Below, piece by piece: positions 1-11,286 of a stretch of 64,000 nt of DNA; position 1 is the stretch's first letter; the number at the start of each line of letters is the position of its first letter. This stretch comes from Moniliella sp. 'wahieum' (Eukaryota). Location of the stretch: NCBI GenBank assembly GCA_003971905.1, contig RSEE01000076.1:62001-126000 (forward strand), read 5' to 3'. The notes beneath the pieces were generated by a model, which was not told where the DNA came from, ran no database searches, and saw only the letters and a program-made list of their open reading frames with translations. The position numbers were made by a program, and so were the translations under genes.

Positions 1-1267
1 AATGGCCCAGGGCAAGGCGACGGAGAATGGTGGAAACGATTGGATTGACTCGGTCACGATGCCTGTGTGGATGGCGGACTTGTTCCGAACCGAACCCCTC
101 TGCCCTCGTGGGACTATGTGCTAAACCATCCTTCCTGGGAAGGTCTGGGTCGTAAGCCCCCCGCACCGCCTACACCTCCGGTCCCTGAGGACTTCCGTGA
201 ACGTCACCAGGTTACCATCCGACAGCGTCAACGTCAGGCGCGGATGAAACAAGAAGGTGTTGACCTCCGTCTTTCTCCCGAACAAGAGGAGAAGGAGGAA
301 GCGCTGATCCAGCGGCACTGGTTCCGTCGCTGGGACGAGTCGCGCGAGCGCACGCCCGAAGAAAAGGTTTTATGGAGGACGTGTATGCGCGCATGAAGCA
401 GTTCCGTTTGCCCTCGTGGCAACTGGAGCGGGCGCGGAAGAACCTGGGAATGATGATCAGCAAACACAATTTCCACAACTTTAGCGTCCGTCGTCGCTCG
501 AGCGATCCGAGTGCGTGGCGGTACATGAAGGAACTGAGCATCTCGGACCCTTTATCGGTAAGGACGGCTGGAATACGTTTCGTTCCGGTTGCACGGCGTG
601 TCGTTTATGCTGCATCAGATCCGCAAAATGATAGCTGCCGTGGTTCTGACCACGCGGTCCCGCACCCCACTCAAGCTATGGTACCACTTTTTCCAACAAC
701 CGCGCATGCTCATCCCCATTGCTCCTGCCGCCGGGCTGTTTCTGCAGAGCCCAGTGTTTGAGTACTACCATCGCGACCTAGCCAAACGCAAACAGGACTC
801 GGTTCTTCCCTTTTTCCCCAACGTCGAGCCAGACGATCGACCGAAGTAACCACCTTCAAGCACGATCACATTTACCCTCACATCTTTGATGCCGAGCGAG
901 ACCATGGTGTGTTTTCCAACTGGATCCAATACATTGACCAGCACTGGACGCCATTGTTTGGATACCTCAACCCTTGGGGCGAGCTGCCCGAGACGAGCAT
1001 CATGCCGGAACTGACCGGCAACAGCTCGCTTCATTTTTCCTCCCATCCCAAAACGCTCAAGCGCAGCATTGCCATGGCAGAGGCCTTTGTCAAAAAGCAG
1101 CAAGAGGAGCCGAGGATGCCGAGCAAGATGGCGCAGACGAGAACGTCGAGTCGGACATTGAGAATGCCGAATTGAACGAGTTGGAGCAGCAAGAAGCAGC
1201 CGAGCAGGCGGGCAGGGAAGAACAGGTCCCACCCCCTGCTTCACCCCCTGCTTCGGCGTCCTCGTAA
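1..1267 (+). CDS. PUS1: tRNA pseudouridine synthase, TruA family (Pus1-like); 5' end lies outside the window; several frameshifts
   Basis: Motifs in successive frames: KHNFHNFSV, DPSAWRYMK, HGVSFMLHQIRKMI, IPIAPAAGLFLQSPVFEYY, FSNWIQYID; acidic tail ends at TAA 1265-1267. Confidence 0.85.
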
Positions 1268-1392
1268 ACCACGCTGCAAAAAATGCATACTGCCTCTTTG
1301 GGTTGCCTTGCCCCTCTTCCTTGTCGGCGTAAGAGCGCGGGGCGGGCGCGTCAACTAGGGATACGTAGGGTTAGGTAGAGCACGAGCACAGC

Positions 1393-1823
1393 TCAGGCGA
1401 CCGATTGCTTGTACTTGGACGTGTCGAGGATGATCTTGCCACAGATGGCGCACAGTCCTTTTTTGTAGGCACAGGCTGGGACAGAAGAGCGCGGTCAGGA
1501 TGGTTTGCGCACGAGCAGCAAGGAACATGGAACAAGGAGGTAAGCAGAAAGGCATGCATACCTTGGCAGTAATTTGCTTTCTCCTGGGACACGGTGGAGC
1601 GACAAATCTTGCACTTGGTGCCGACCGCGTACTTGTGTTTGGACCCGAGCAATTTGTTGGTGCTCGAGACGTTCTTGGACGTGCCTGCCGCGCCTGCCGC
1701 ACCGGCCTTGGCGGCAGATCCCTTGGCCTTGCCCAGCAGCGACCCTCCAATCGCTCGGTTGCGGTAGGGATCAGGCGCAGACGACTTGGTCCCGAGCTTC
1801 TTCTCACACGTCTTGCACACCAT
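1393..1823 (-). CDS. CRIPT: Cysteine-rich PDZ-binding protein (CRIPT family), 2 exons, intron 1476-1561
   Basis: MVCKTCEKKLG...NKLL...KCKICRSTVSQEKANYCQ joins across a GTATGC..CAG intron to ACAYKKGLCAICGKIILDTSKYKQSVA*, the CRIPT cysteine pattern. Confidence 0.9.
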
Positions 1824-2377
1824 CGCCGCCGGTGGTTGTGGCAATCAATCTTTCTCCCGAGTCCCCTCGACCCGCCGCGTTAGCGGGCGGGCAACGGCGG
1901 AATTGGTCTCCTGGCTCAGCGCCATGTATCATGCAGCAGCATCATCGATCCCTGCTTACCCCCATCGGAATTCCGCTGCCGGCAGCATGCATATGCAGTA
2001 GGCAAAGGGACAATGGGCTTCGCGATCGCGTCCCACTACCAACTCTACCACCCCCAACGCCCAACCCCCCAACCTGGCCCTCAGGCCTGAGCCTCTTCTG
2101 GTGGCTGATCATATGCATATGATGTACGGTGTACGATGTGACAAGTGTCCTGATGCAGGATGCGACAGGGAAAAAAGCGAAGGGGAAGGAAAAGAGGATA
2201 GCGAGAGATGGGTACAGTCTGTACAGTCCGCAGCGAACGAGAAAGGGGGGTAAAGATGGGTGCAACAACCGAATGGGGAGTTGGGTGACTTGGGTGGGGG
2301 CCTGCAGCGAGCGTGGGAGGGTCATCAGCTACACGATTTGCAGTGCATCAGCTGCGTCAGCTGCATCAACCCCTGCA

Positions 2378-4480
2378 TCAGCACGTATCGACGAGCCGGT
2401 TCTTGGGCCACTGGAATTGGTCGCGCGGGAAGACCGAGTGGTTGGGGTTCATGTACAGGTCGAGGTGATCGTTGATGTACTTGGCCGTCGGGTGGTCCGG
2501 AGGGTCGCAGCTCAGTTTGGGCGTCTCGCCGGCCTTTTGGTACAGCCGCGCATAGTCAATCAGCATCCGGGCCGGGAATGTAATCTCGTCCCAGTGCACC
2601 GCCTGGAAGCCGGAAGAGATGCCTACCAACCAGCACAACCACAAGTACAAGTACAAACACCGGCAAAAACGAACCAGAGTTGGGTTAGGAATCATCGATC
2701 ACAGGCAGAGCGCACAGGCGTGTGGCACAACACAACCAATCGCACACAATCACGGACACAGACACAAAAAACGTACCCAGATTCATCACGATCGACATGG
2801 GTTCCACGGGGATGATGCGCTGGGAAATGTTAACGACGGGATCGGCCGGAACGACGGCCGAAGGCGCATGCCATGTCCGTTGACCATTGAGGTACCACGT
2901 GATGGACCCACTTCCATTTTCCTCGTAATCCGGCACCACCTCAATCCCAAACGTGGTGAACGTCGACCCGTCCGCATCGACATAGGCTGTTTCGGGGATC
3001 GCGGCCACCCCCGACACAGCCTCCTGATACACCGAGCCCGTATACGAGTTGGCATGCGTACCTTGCCAAAACTGAGCACTCTTGTTGTGCCACCAGTAGT
3101 CCGTGTCGTACGGCGCGACCTACAATGCGAACGCGGCGATGCGTTGGTCAGCTCCCGCCCGCACCGAGAGAAGAAAAAAAGGAGAAAAGCAAAGATCAAC
3201 AGCAACCAAAAACGTACCTGCAGACTCTGGCTCGCCTGGCCCACTTTTTGAGAATTTTGTGCTTCGACAATATCAATCTCGGGCGCAGAGCGACTGACGC
3301 CAACGTGAGGACCGGGATGGTCCTCCCCTCGCACGTGCAGGCCGAGGTGCGTTGGCCAGGGAGGTAGGAAAGGCGGTTTTGTATTGATACGAGTAGGGAC
3401 CGTTGGCATGCAACGCTTTGGGCGGGCCTGATTTATCGGGATTGGTTTGGTTGGGCAGTGTGCCCCAGTCACACGCGGCGTACGAGTATCTGCAGTGACC
3501 AGGAGAAGGGTAGGGTAGGTTAGATTAGGTTAGTTGGGGGCGTTCGTCACGCATCACGAGGGTATAGGAGGGTACGAGTAAGGAAAAGAAAAGAAGAAAA
3601 AGAAAAAGAAAACGTACGGCCACATTCCATCGGTACTGCCCAGGTAGCCAGGCCGACCGAGGTTGCCCATGGTCCAGAGGCCGGGCCAGAAGCCACGGGT
3701 TTCCTGGGTGCCAGGAAGCTTGACGGATATCTCGAGGTAGCCGCCCTGGAAACAAAGTTTGTTCCAGCTCTGCACCATGCCCGACTGAAAGTTGAGGTTG
3801 TGGGTATCCTTTTGGGTCATGGTGATCTGCATTGCCCCGCCCGTGGTATTGACCGCCTCGGGCGCGTACCACTCAAAGTCGTTGGTGGCGCCATAGTAAA
3901 TATCCACCGCTTCCCAGAACGGGTCGTCGCCCGGCCAAAACGTGCGCCCATCGTGCTCAAACTCGTCGGAAAACACAAGGCTGTACTTGGTGCCGTCCAT
4001 CATGGAGGTCCAGCTGTGCGCATTGGCAGGCGTGTCGGGGTCAATCAGCTGGCGCATGTTGGGTAGCGCAGCGATCTGACCTGAGGCATTGAGCTGGAGA
4101 AGGTTCTTGTTGTGCTGAAGAAAGTGGTCCAACAACGGGTAGCCAGCAAAGAGCATCAGCAGACCACCGAGGATGGTAGCGACGGTAAGCACATTGATGA
4201 GACCCTTGATGTCCACCCCGCCAAATCCGCGCTCGCCCTTGGGGTCGGGGTTGTGCAGAAAGTCGTCCGGCTCGGGACGGGTGTCCCACATGGCAGCGGA
4301 CGGGAGGGGGGAGGACGCGGCATTGCCAGGGGGGAAGGTGGCGGAGGCAGAGGCGGAGGGCAGAAGCAGAGGCGGAGGGGTGGGAAGTGGTAGAAGAGGC
4401 GGCCCAGGTGTCGGGGTGGGGACGGAACCGTACGCCTGGCCCGACGCAGCGGAGCGGTCGGGGGGCAGGTAAGGTGGCAT
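2378..4480 (-). CDS. KRE6: Beta-1,6-glucan synthesis-associated GH16 protein (Kre6/Skn1), type II membrane protein, at least 3 introns
   Basis: EPDDFLHNPDP, TM segment LLMLFAGYP, LVFSDEF, TFWPGDDPFWEAVD, SGMVQSWNKLCFQGG, WPGLWTMGNLGRPGY, RSAPEIDIVEA, IPVEPMSIVMNLG, C-terminus WPKNRLVDTC*. Confidence 0.93.
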
Positions 4481-5402
4481 GGGGGGGGGGGGGGGGGGAG
4501 GTGGTGGTGGCGGCCGGGCGGGGGGGGAGGTGGTGGTGGCGGCCGTTGTTCGGCTGGCGGGGGGCAGACGGGGGGGTAGGGGGGAGCAGGTGGCAGCAGG
4601 TGCTCGCCAAGCCCGACCGCTCGCAACACTGCCCCCGCGCCCGGCGGTCCACCGCAGCGCGGAAGCCGTATCCCACACCGTTGTCGCACCGTGAGTCCCC
4701 ACACTGGCCGTATGCCCCCATACACCCTCGCACGCCGCCTCGTCGCAGCCACCACCACAGCACGCTGGTGCGTGCGTGCGGAGGCGAGCGGCGCCGTGCG
4801 TACTCGCTCTCACCCGAGCAACCCATATTGCCACACTCCTTGCATGCTGCGGACCGCAGCACAGCACACACAAACAGCATGGCACTGCACCACATTGCAC
4901 CGCATTGCACACACCACGCCAGCAAGCGCAGCGCCTGTGTGCCATCCACCGCAAGCCGCTTGCCACTGCGCGCGTCTTGCGCAGCTTCTTAGCAGGCCGC
5001 TTCCCAAAGTCCAGCTCGTTTTTTTTGCTGCCAGCCACCCTACTCCACCAACAACTGGCGGCGGAGGCAGGGGCACTGTCGGCCGTAGGACCGTGCGTAT
5101 CCTTGGCCCCTATCCATCTCTGGCTTCGTCTCGCAAACTCCTCTTCTCAATCCGACCCAGCACCCACCGTTCTCCTGGGCGGTGCGCTGTAGAGTAGGCA
5201 TACCTGGGGAAGGATCGACTGGGCAGCAAAAACTGTAGCAGACGAGAGAGCAGGAAGTTGATGGCGTATTGCATTGCACATGAGCTAAAGAATATTCATG
5301 CCCGCCAGGAAGGAATAATATTGCAAGGAATGAACCCAAAGGTTCTGGGCTTGGGCTGATGTAGCCAGTGGCGTCACGGCAAAGCACACGTCTAACTCCC
5401 CC

Positions 5403-5562
5403 TGTCGGCCTCGCTACTACCACAGAATGTGAGCACTGAACGTCGTATAGGACTAAGGAGCATCTGCGTCTGACTCGTCCAGAAGACTGGTGCGAGCTCG
5501 GAAGGAATGAAAACTGACTCACGTGACTCAGGGTCCGCGCGGTCCTAGGACGGATGTCAACA
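5403..5562. mobile_element. Solo LTR, copy 1 (~160 bp), target-site duplication CCCCC
   Basis: Begins TGT, ends ACA, flanked by CCCCC on both sides (5398-5402, 5563-5567); reverse complement of 9562-9720 with 6 substitutions and 1 indel by manual alignment. Confidence 0.8.
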
Positions 5563-7073
5563 CCCCCCCCCCACAGTGCCTGAACAACCACACCCGCAAG
5601 ACCGTAGGTGGCTCTGTCGTACCTTGATCGTTGAGTTGGCTGGGGCATATGCGTCTGCCCCCCTGCCATAACCCTCAAGAACGATTCGACGGGCTACGCA
5701 ATTAGAAGAGGAACCAATTTGAACTTCGATGGACTGACCTTTCCCCGGGTACAAAGCAAGTCAATCGCACCGCCCACACTCTTTGGGATTGGGACGAACT
5801 CAAACAGTACCAGACTGAAACATGCGGCTAGTGACCCCTAGTATGAGCTGTCGCGGCTCCCACGGTACGATTACAAGCGCATGATGAAATCAAAGGAACG
5901 AGGTGAGTTTTGGTCATGACCGCCGATTGAATGTTCACTGCATTGTCGGTAATGATATGCAAGACGGACAGAAAAAGATCATAAGCCGAAGGATATAGAA
6001 AAGGATCATCATATGCAAGAGAGGGCTAGCAAAGATACCCTGTCGCCTTTCCGTACGCACCTGTATTACCTCCTTGGCCCCTTCTATTTTTACCCTTCCG
6101 AAGATAATTCCCATGGTGTATATCATCAGCATTCTTTGCTAACAACATTCCCTATCGGATACGGATTGTGGAGCAAGATGCACACCCAAAATGTCGAAGC
6201 TGTAAGTTTGAACGAACCGATGTGAAACTGTAATGCGATCGAAGAGAAAATACCACTAACGAACAAAGGGGAGAATGATTTCCAGAAGGATGGGAGGCTG
6301 GAATGGAAGAGGATATGGCGGTCTGGCACATGTACCTCTCTCTATACTCAAATTCACTTGTATAAGAGGGCCCATGACTTTCTTGTGAACAACAAGAACA
6401 TACAGAAAACAGGAACCATTGTGAAGATCCGCACAATATTTCCAGAATATCGATCACCAGAACAAATCTGGCTGAAGTTATCTCGCTACAACTATTTCGC
6501 CAGCGGGTGACTCCGTTTAATCACGTATAGGCACCGGCCGGGAGCGAGCGCCCGCATTGGGGGGGAAACGGGAGTTGGACGGGCACGAAAAAGATTACCG
6601 GCAAGGGCCGATCTGCATAGTAGGCGTCACCAACAGTCTGGCGCATATGGCGTCCTGTGTGTAAGAAGTGCATTTCAAAACGGCGTGTCCAGTCCGTCGT
6701 GCTTCTGAGCAATTGAGTACAGAGAGGTCGGACTGCGGAGTACTACTGAGACCAAGGGCAGGTAGAGGCGGGTCCTACCACTGGTAGGGTTTCCTACCTG
6801 AGGCAGACTGTTGGGACACGAGTGCAGCGTGCCAAGAGCGTAGCCGGACTCTGGCACTCCCAACAGTCACTTCCATCCAGTAGCTAGCTCCGCTACTTCC
6901 GCATGGGCGGAAGTGTGGCCGACCTACATGCCTCCTTCTAGATGCCTCGGCAGTCAGAGCTCTTAGTCTTCCCTCTCTTCCACTCCATCCTCCTTCCTCT
7001 CCGTTACTCTCTACTGTTGCTCACCAACAATGAATCCCGATCGTCTATTGAGCTCCTGGTCTTCTTTGCCGTA

Positions 7074-7189
7074 CAGCTCGGCAATACAATGACTAACGAC
7101 GCGTGAGCAGGGGCATCTCTGAGGGAGGCGCCAGAAGGCAGGCTACATGCCGGCACCAGAGGGGAGACCAGCTCGGCAATACAATGACT
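7074..7189. repeat. Perfect 21-bp direct repeat CAGCTCGGCAATACAATGACT, two copies
   Basis: Copies at 7074-7094 and 7169-7189. Confidence 0.85.
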
Positions 7190-9561
7190 GAGCATCACTG
7201 AAGGGCAACCTTGTAGGGACGGAACCCGTCGTTCGTCCGCTAGGTCGTGTGGTTTCCTCGTCCCGCCATAGTCCCAAAACGCATGTTGCATATACCCGCA
7301 CTGTCCTCTTTTGATGCTGTACTGATACTCGTAGTTCTACGTCTTGCCTTATCATTTGGCTACGAGTGGTTGCCCTGCTCTTGCCAACAGCCTGCGTAAA
7401 GTTGCGGATACTCTTGCTTATGCTCCTATTAACTGGGGAAAGCGGGGGCGCTATGACACATTCGTTGCAAAACGCGCTGGAAACGCACCACGCCTTTATT
7501 CATTTTGAGGATGATCCATCCGATCTTCGGCGGTATACGCCTCGTTCCCTGTGGAATGCATATCTCTTCGTATAAATTTACCACGGTCAGTTTACTGGTA
7601 GTGGCAGAATAATCCCTTTATTTATGATTGTCAATCGACCGTGTGAGATCTGAGTGTCTTTCTTCCTCAGCAGGGTTTCTTCGCCGTTTGACAGAGCTCG
7701 AAACGTAAGGGAGAGAGGTTTTTTGACTGCGTTTTTACTGTAGAGACCGAGGGTATTGTGCTCGCTTGGATCGCGTCGCGTGACCAGATTCCTGTGCGGT
7801 TCATTCCGTCAGTCTCTCCTATACTAGACGGTCCAATCGACCTGTTTCTTCGTCAGGCTTCTCCCCAATACCACCTATATCACTTCTAGCGTTGGAAAGT
7901 CTTCCACCCAGCGGCATTGGATGGTCCTGCTGTCACGCATAACATGTGTTACCTCCTCGTTGGCTGCCTATAGTATGCTGGGGTCGCTCCGGTTCGAGGA
8001 ATTGTCTTTGTATTCTTCCGATATATGAGCAGTCATGTAAGTCATGAGAACAGTCAATTCAATGCTTCCTTTTCGTATTTGGCTATACTAGCTCGTGTCT
8101 ATGAATTACATCATTGCGGATAAATCTCGACTGTGGAAAGAGTGTGCGTTTTGTAGCTGTCCGGCATGTGGAGTGGGACATCGTAATGGCATTACTAACG
8201 GTGTCGGTGATCGTTGAACAGCTAAATATGCCTCTCTTCCAGCATTTTGCATTTATCTCCTACAGAAACTCTTTGCATTCGGCATGGTCTGGTAATAGCC
8301 TCCATACACTCTAGGGTATCGAGACCCCAGCCATGTTACGCGCCTTTTTTCGTAATTCGTGTGCGTGCCCCAACCCGGAGTTTATTACAATGGAACTTGT
8401 TGTGCCTTACACTGATGGCGATATTCCTGCCGTGCCTTCCAAAACATTCTTGTTTTCAACTTCGAAAAGCTTTTGAGGAGTCGAGCCCTCTTGACTTGCT
8501 TAACCCTCCTTTTGCACTACCGCCACTGCAACAGCTACCACTCTCCTTTGTAGCGGTAACGGTAGCAAGTGTAACCGTAGCAGCACACATGGCGGAGTTG
8601 CGCACGGCCCCAGGCCCATTATGCTGCGCCTATATAGCGCGCTGGTGGTAGGGGGAATGGGGATAGAAGACAGAGACAACTAGGTGAAGCGGCCTTGAAT
8701 TAAGCCGTGACATGTGATACGACGAGATGAATGTTTTTTGTATAGCCGAAGACGGGGGTAGACGGATATATAGTTCTCCCTCCCGTCTTTGTCCTCTCCC
8801 TTCTTCAAGTCCAAAGACCAACACGCTTCAAGCTTGAAGGTCACATGTAGCACGCGTGACCGCCTTGATGCATGGCCTATGATGTCATGTATGACTACTG
8901 GTCTGCCTCGATAAAACTGAACTCCGCTGTTAGACCTTAGGCCTTACAGCGGCCCAGAAGAAGACGGGTTTTGGCGACCGGTGAGTAGTAAGGCCGGATT
9001 AAGGATTGATCTAGTACAAGGAATACTAGTGCCTAGTGCCATTAGTAAAAACCAAACAATAAAACGCGGTCCTCTCGGCTCTATGTAGTTTAGTGATCGA
9101 TCGGTCCTCGCGCTAGGCTCTAGGGCAGACTAGGAAGGAAGGGCGAGTAGCGCCTATATAGCGCACACTATTATTGCGCAGCTTATGGGGTTTTTCTGTT
9201 GCGGCCGCACTCGGTTCGGAAAATATGTGCCAACCCACAGCGACGCCGGATGGATGATCGATCGATGAGCGGTGCTCGCGTGCCGATTGGCGATTGGCCA
9301 TTCCCCCGCAGCTACTATGTACGCACCTCTGTGGCTCAACGGTTCAACGTTCAACGTACTCAACACCCAGGCTGAGCTCAGCCTGCGCGCTGAGGCTGAG
9401 CGCCAGCGCGTTGTTAGCTCAGTGCCCAGTTTGTGTGTTGCCCAAGTACGAAGTAGGGGCCAAGGTTGAGCCCTAGGCGCCGCGCTGCGATCCAACAAGC
9501 TATACTTTTAAAGTTCCTTCTGAGCTGTTGAACGTACTATGTGACCGTACAGAGCGCCTTC

Positions 9562-9720
9562 TGTGACATCCGTCCTAGGACCGCGCGGACCCTGAGTCAC
9601 GTGAGTCAGCTTTCATTCCTTCCGAGCTCGCACCAGTCTTCTGGACGAGTCAGTCGCAGAAGCTTCTTAGTCCAATAGGACGTTCAGTGCTCACATTCTG
9701 TGGTAGTAGCGAGGCCGACA
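9562..9720. mobile_element. Solo LTR, copy 2 (159 bp, inverted relative to copy 1), target-site duplication CCTTC
   Basis: TGT...ACA termini; exact 5-bp direct repeat CCTTC at 9557-9561 and 9721-9725. Confidence 0.87.
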
Positions 9721-10096
9721 CCTTCTGATTCCCAGCGCCTCTCAGCACCTAGCATTCTCGGTCGACGTTCAACGTTGATTGAACTGAGCGTTCAGATCGC
9801 GCTCAGACTGAGCAGTGTTGGTTTGCGATCGGAAAGCCTCTCAGAACCGAGTAACAAAGGAGCTGAGATCGGAGATGCTCGCTGCGGAAGCCCACTCAGT
9901 ACTCACTCAGCACAGAACTCAAGAGTATTCAGATGAGTTCTCAGTGCCTCAGCCTCAGTTCAGCTTTTCTCCGCGGGCGGGAAGAGTGCTGGGTAGCGGC
10001 TGGGGGCTGGGGGTTGGGGAAGGCTGGGAATGGCCGTCGCTTGGACATTTAGCCTTGTTGCCGCACGACATCGGGCCTAAGGCCCAAAAGGATACC

Positions 10097-10145
10097 TGAA
10101 GCTTGAAGCTGTGGAAGCCAGTGACTAGTGACTAGTGACTAGTGA
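10097..10145. repeat. Heptamer arrays (TGAAGCT)x2 and (TGACTAG)x3
   Basis: TGA at 10097, 10104 and at 10122, 10129, 10136, 10143. Confidence 0.8.
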
Positions 10146-10951
10146 GGTCACCGGTATCACCGAGTCACCGGCCAGAGGTCCGACGTGACGCGTGACGTGA
10201 AGTGTGCCAAACAGGACGTGCTCGTGAGTGTGACAGGCGGCGGCGGCACAACGGGGAGGACGAACGAAGCAGGACTCGCGAGCCCAGGGAGGATGCACGC
10301 ACAGAAGTCGCGCAGGAGCCTGAGCCTCAGGCCCTCAGTCCCGACACCGGATGACCTCGATGACGTGTGGGAAGTCGTACGGTGCAGCCATAGCGATACG
10401 ACGCGACGCGAGGAGGAAGAGGTAGGTGGTCCAAGGGCCCTTGCCCCACCCACCGGCTACCAGACTCGCAGTGCTCTCGTTATCTATAGCTTCCCTTGGG
10501 CCGCCGCACGCAACGCCTACGCCTACCCCTACGCCCACACATCCGACAGTCGGCAATGCACGGCTCGGACGCCGGTAGGGAGGGGTACAAGGCAGAGATG
10601 GATATGAACTTAGACGGCAGACTGCATACTGAAGAACGCAGAACGGGAGGGTCACCATGCCCGAGGAAGGAACTTGGGGGGGGGGGGGGTACAGCTGAGA
10701 AGAGCAGGAAGCAGATACGAAGAAATGGAACCAAATGAACCGATGAGGGGAGGAAAGGGAAGGGGGCTGGCGGGTGGTGTGGTGTGGTGGTGGTGCTAGT
10801 CGTGGTAGCAGGGATCGGTATCAGAGTTGCGCGACAACAGTTTTTTTTGTTTCGGTTGTGTTTTGTTGGGTGGGAAGAGGAGGTGGAGGCCACCTTTGGC
10901 TCCTGGTTTCACCACAAACGCACAGGACGGTGGGGGGGGGAGGGGGGGGGG

Positions 10952-11286
10952 CTACGCGCGTAGCCGGGCAAACGCGCACACGGGACAGACCCATTGCCGT
11001 CCCAGGTCTTCAAGAAAGAAGAGAGCGACGTTGCTCCTGTGGCACACGGCGCATTGGTGTGCTCGTCCTAAGGAGCGGGAGGAGGAGGTGGGGGGAGAGG
11101 GAGAGGGATAGGTTAGTGGTGCGCGCGCCGGAGAAACGTGGAACGTGAGGCGTCAGGCGTCCGGCGTCAGGCGTGAGGGTGGGGGGGAGGCAGGACACTG
11201 GGTCTCGGTACTCACACAGACAGGGGATGGCGTCTGGGGGGCGGTACCGGGTGCGAGGGGGGCCTTGGGGGTGGGGGACGCGACAT
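10952..11286 (-). CDS. Possible small two-exon gene encoding a CxxC-x18-CxxC zinc-binding peptide
   Basis: ATG 11286; GTGAGT donor at 11215; CTAAC branch point and TAG acceptor at 11068; one frame of exon 2 reads HQCAVCHRSNVALFFLEDLGRQWVCPVCAFARLRA*. Joining the exons in this frame needs an indel. Confidence 0.3.

Noticed and set aside
6881..6914. Helitron 3' end (hairpin ACTTCCGC/GCGGAAGT followed by CTAG on the minus strand)
   Set aside because: CTAG is followed by C rather than T, and no 5' TC end or Rep/helicase remnant was identified.
7074..7189. CRISPR-like repeat-spacer unit
   Set aside because: Only two repeats, a 74-bp spacer, eukaryotic context and no cas genes.
5403..9720. Single 4.3-kb TIR DNA transposon
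   Set aside because: Each repeat has its own TG..CA ends and its own 5-bp TSD, the outer flanks differ (CCCCC versus CCTTC), and no transposase motif was seen inside.
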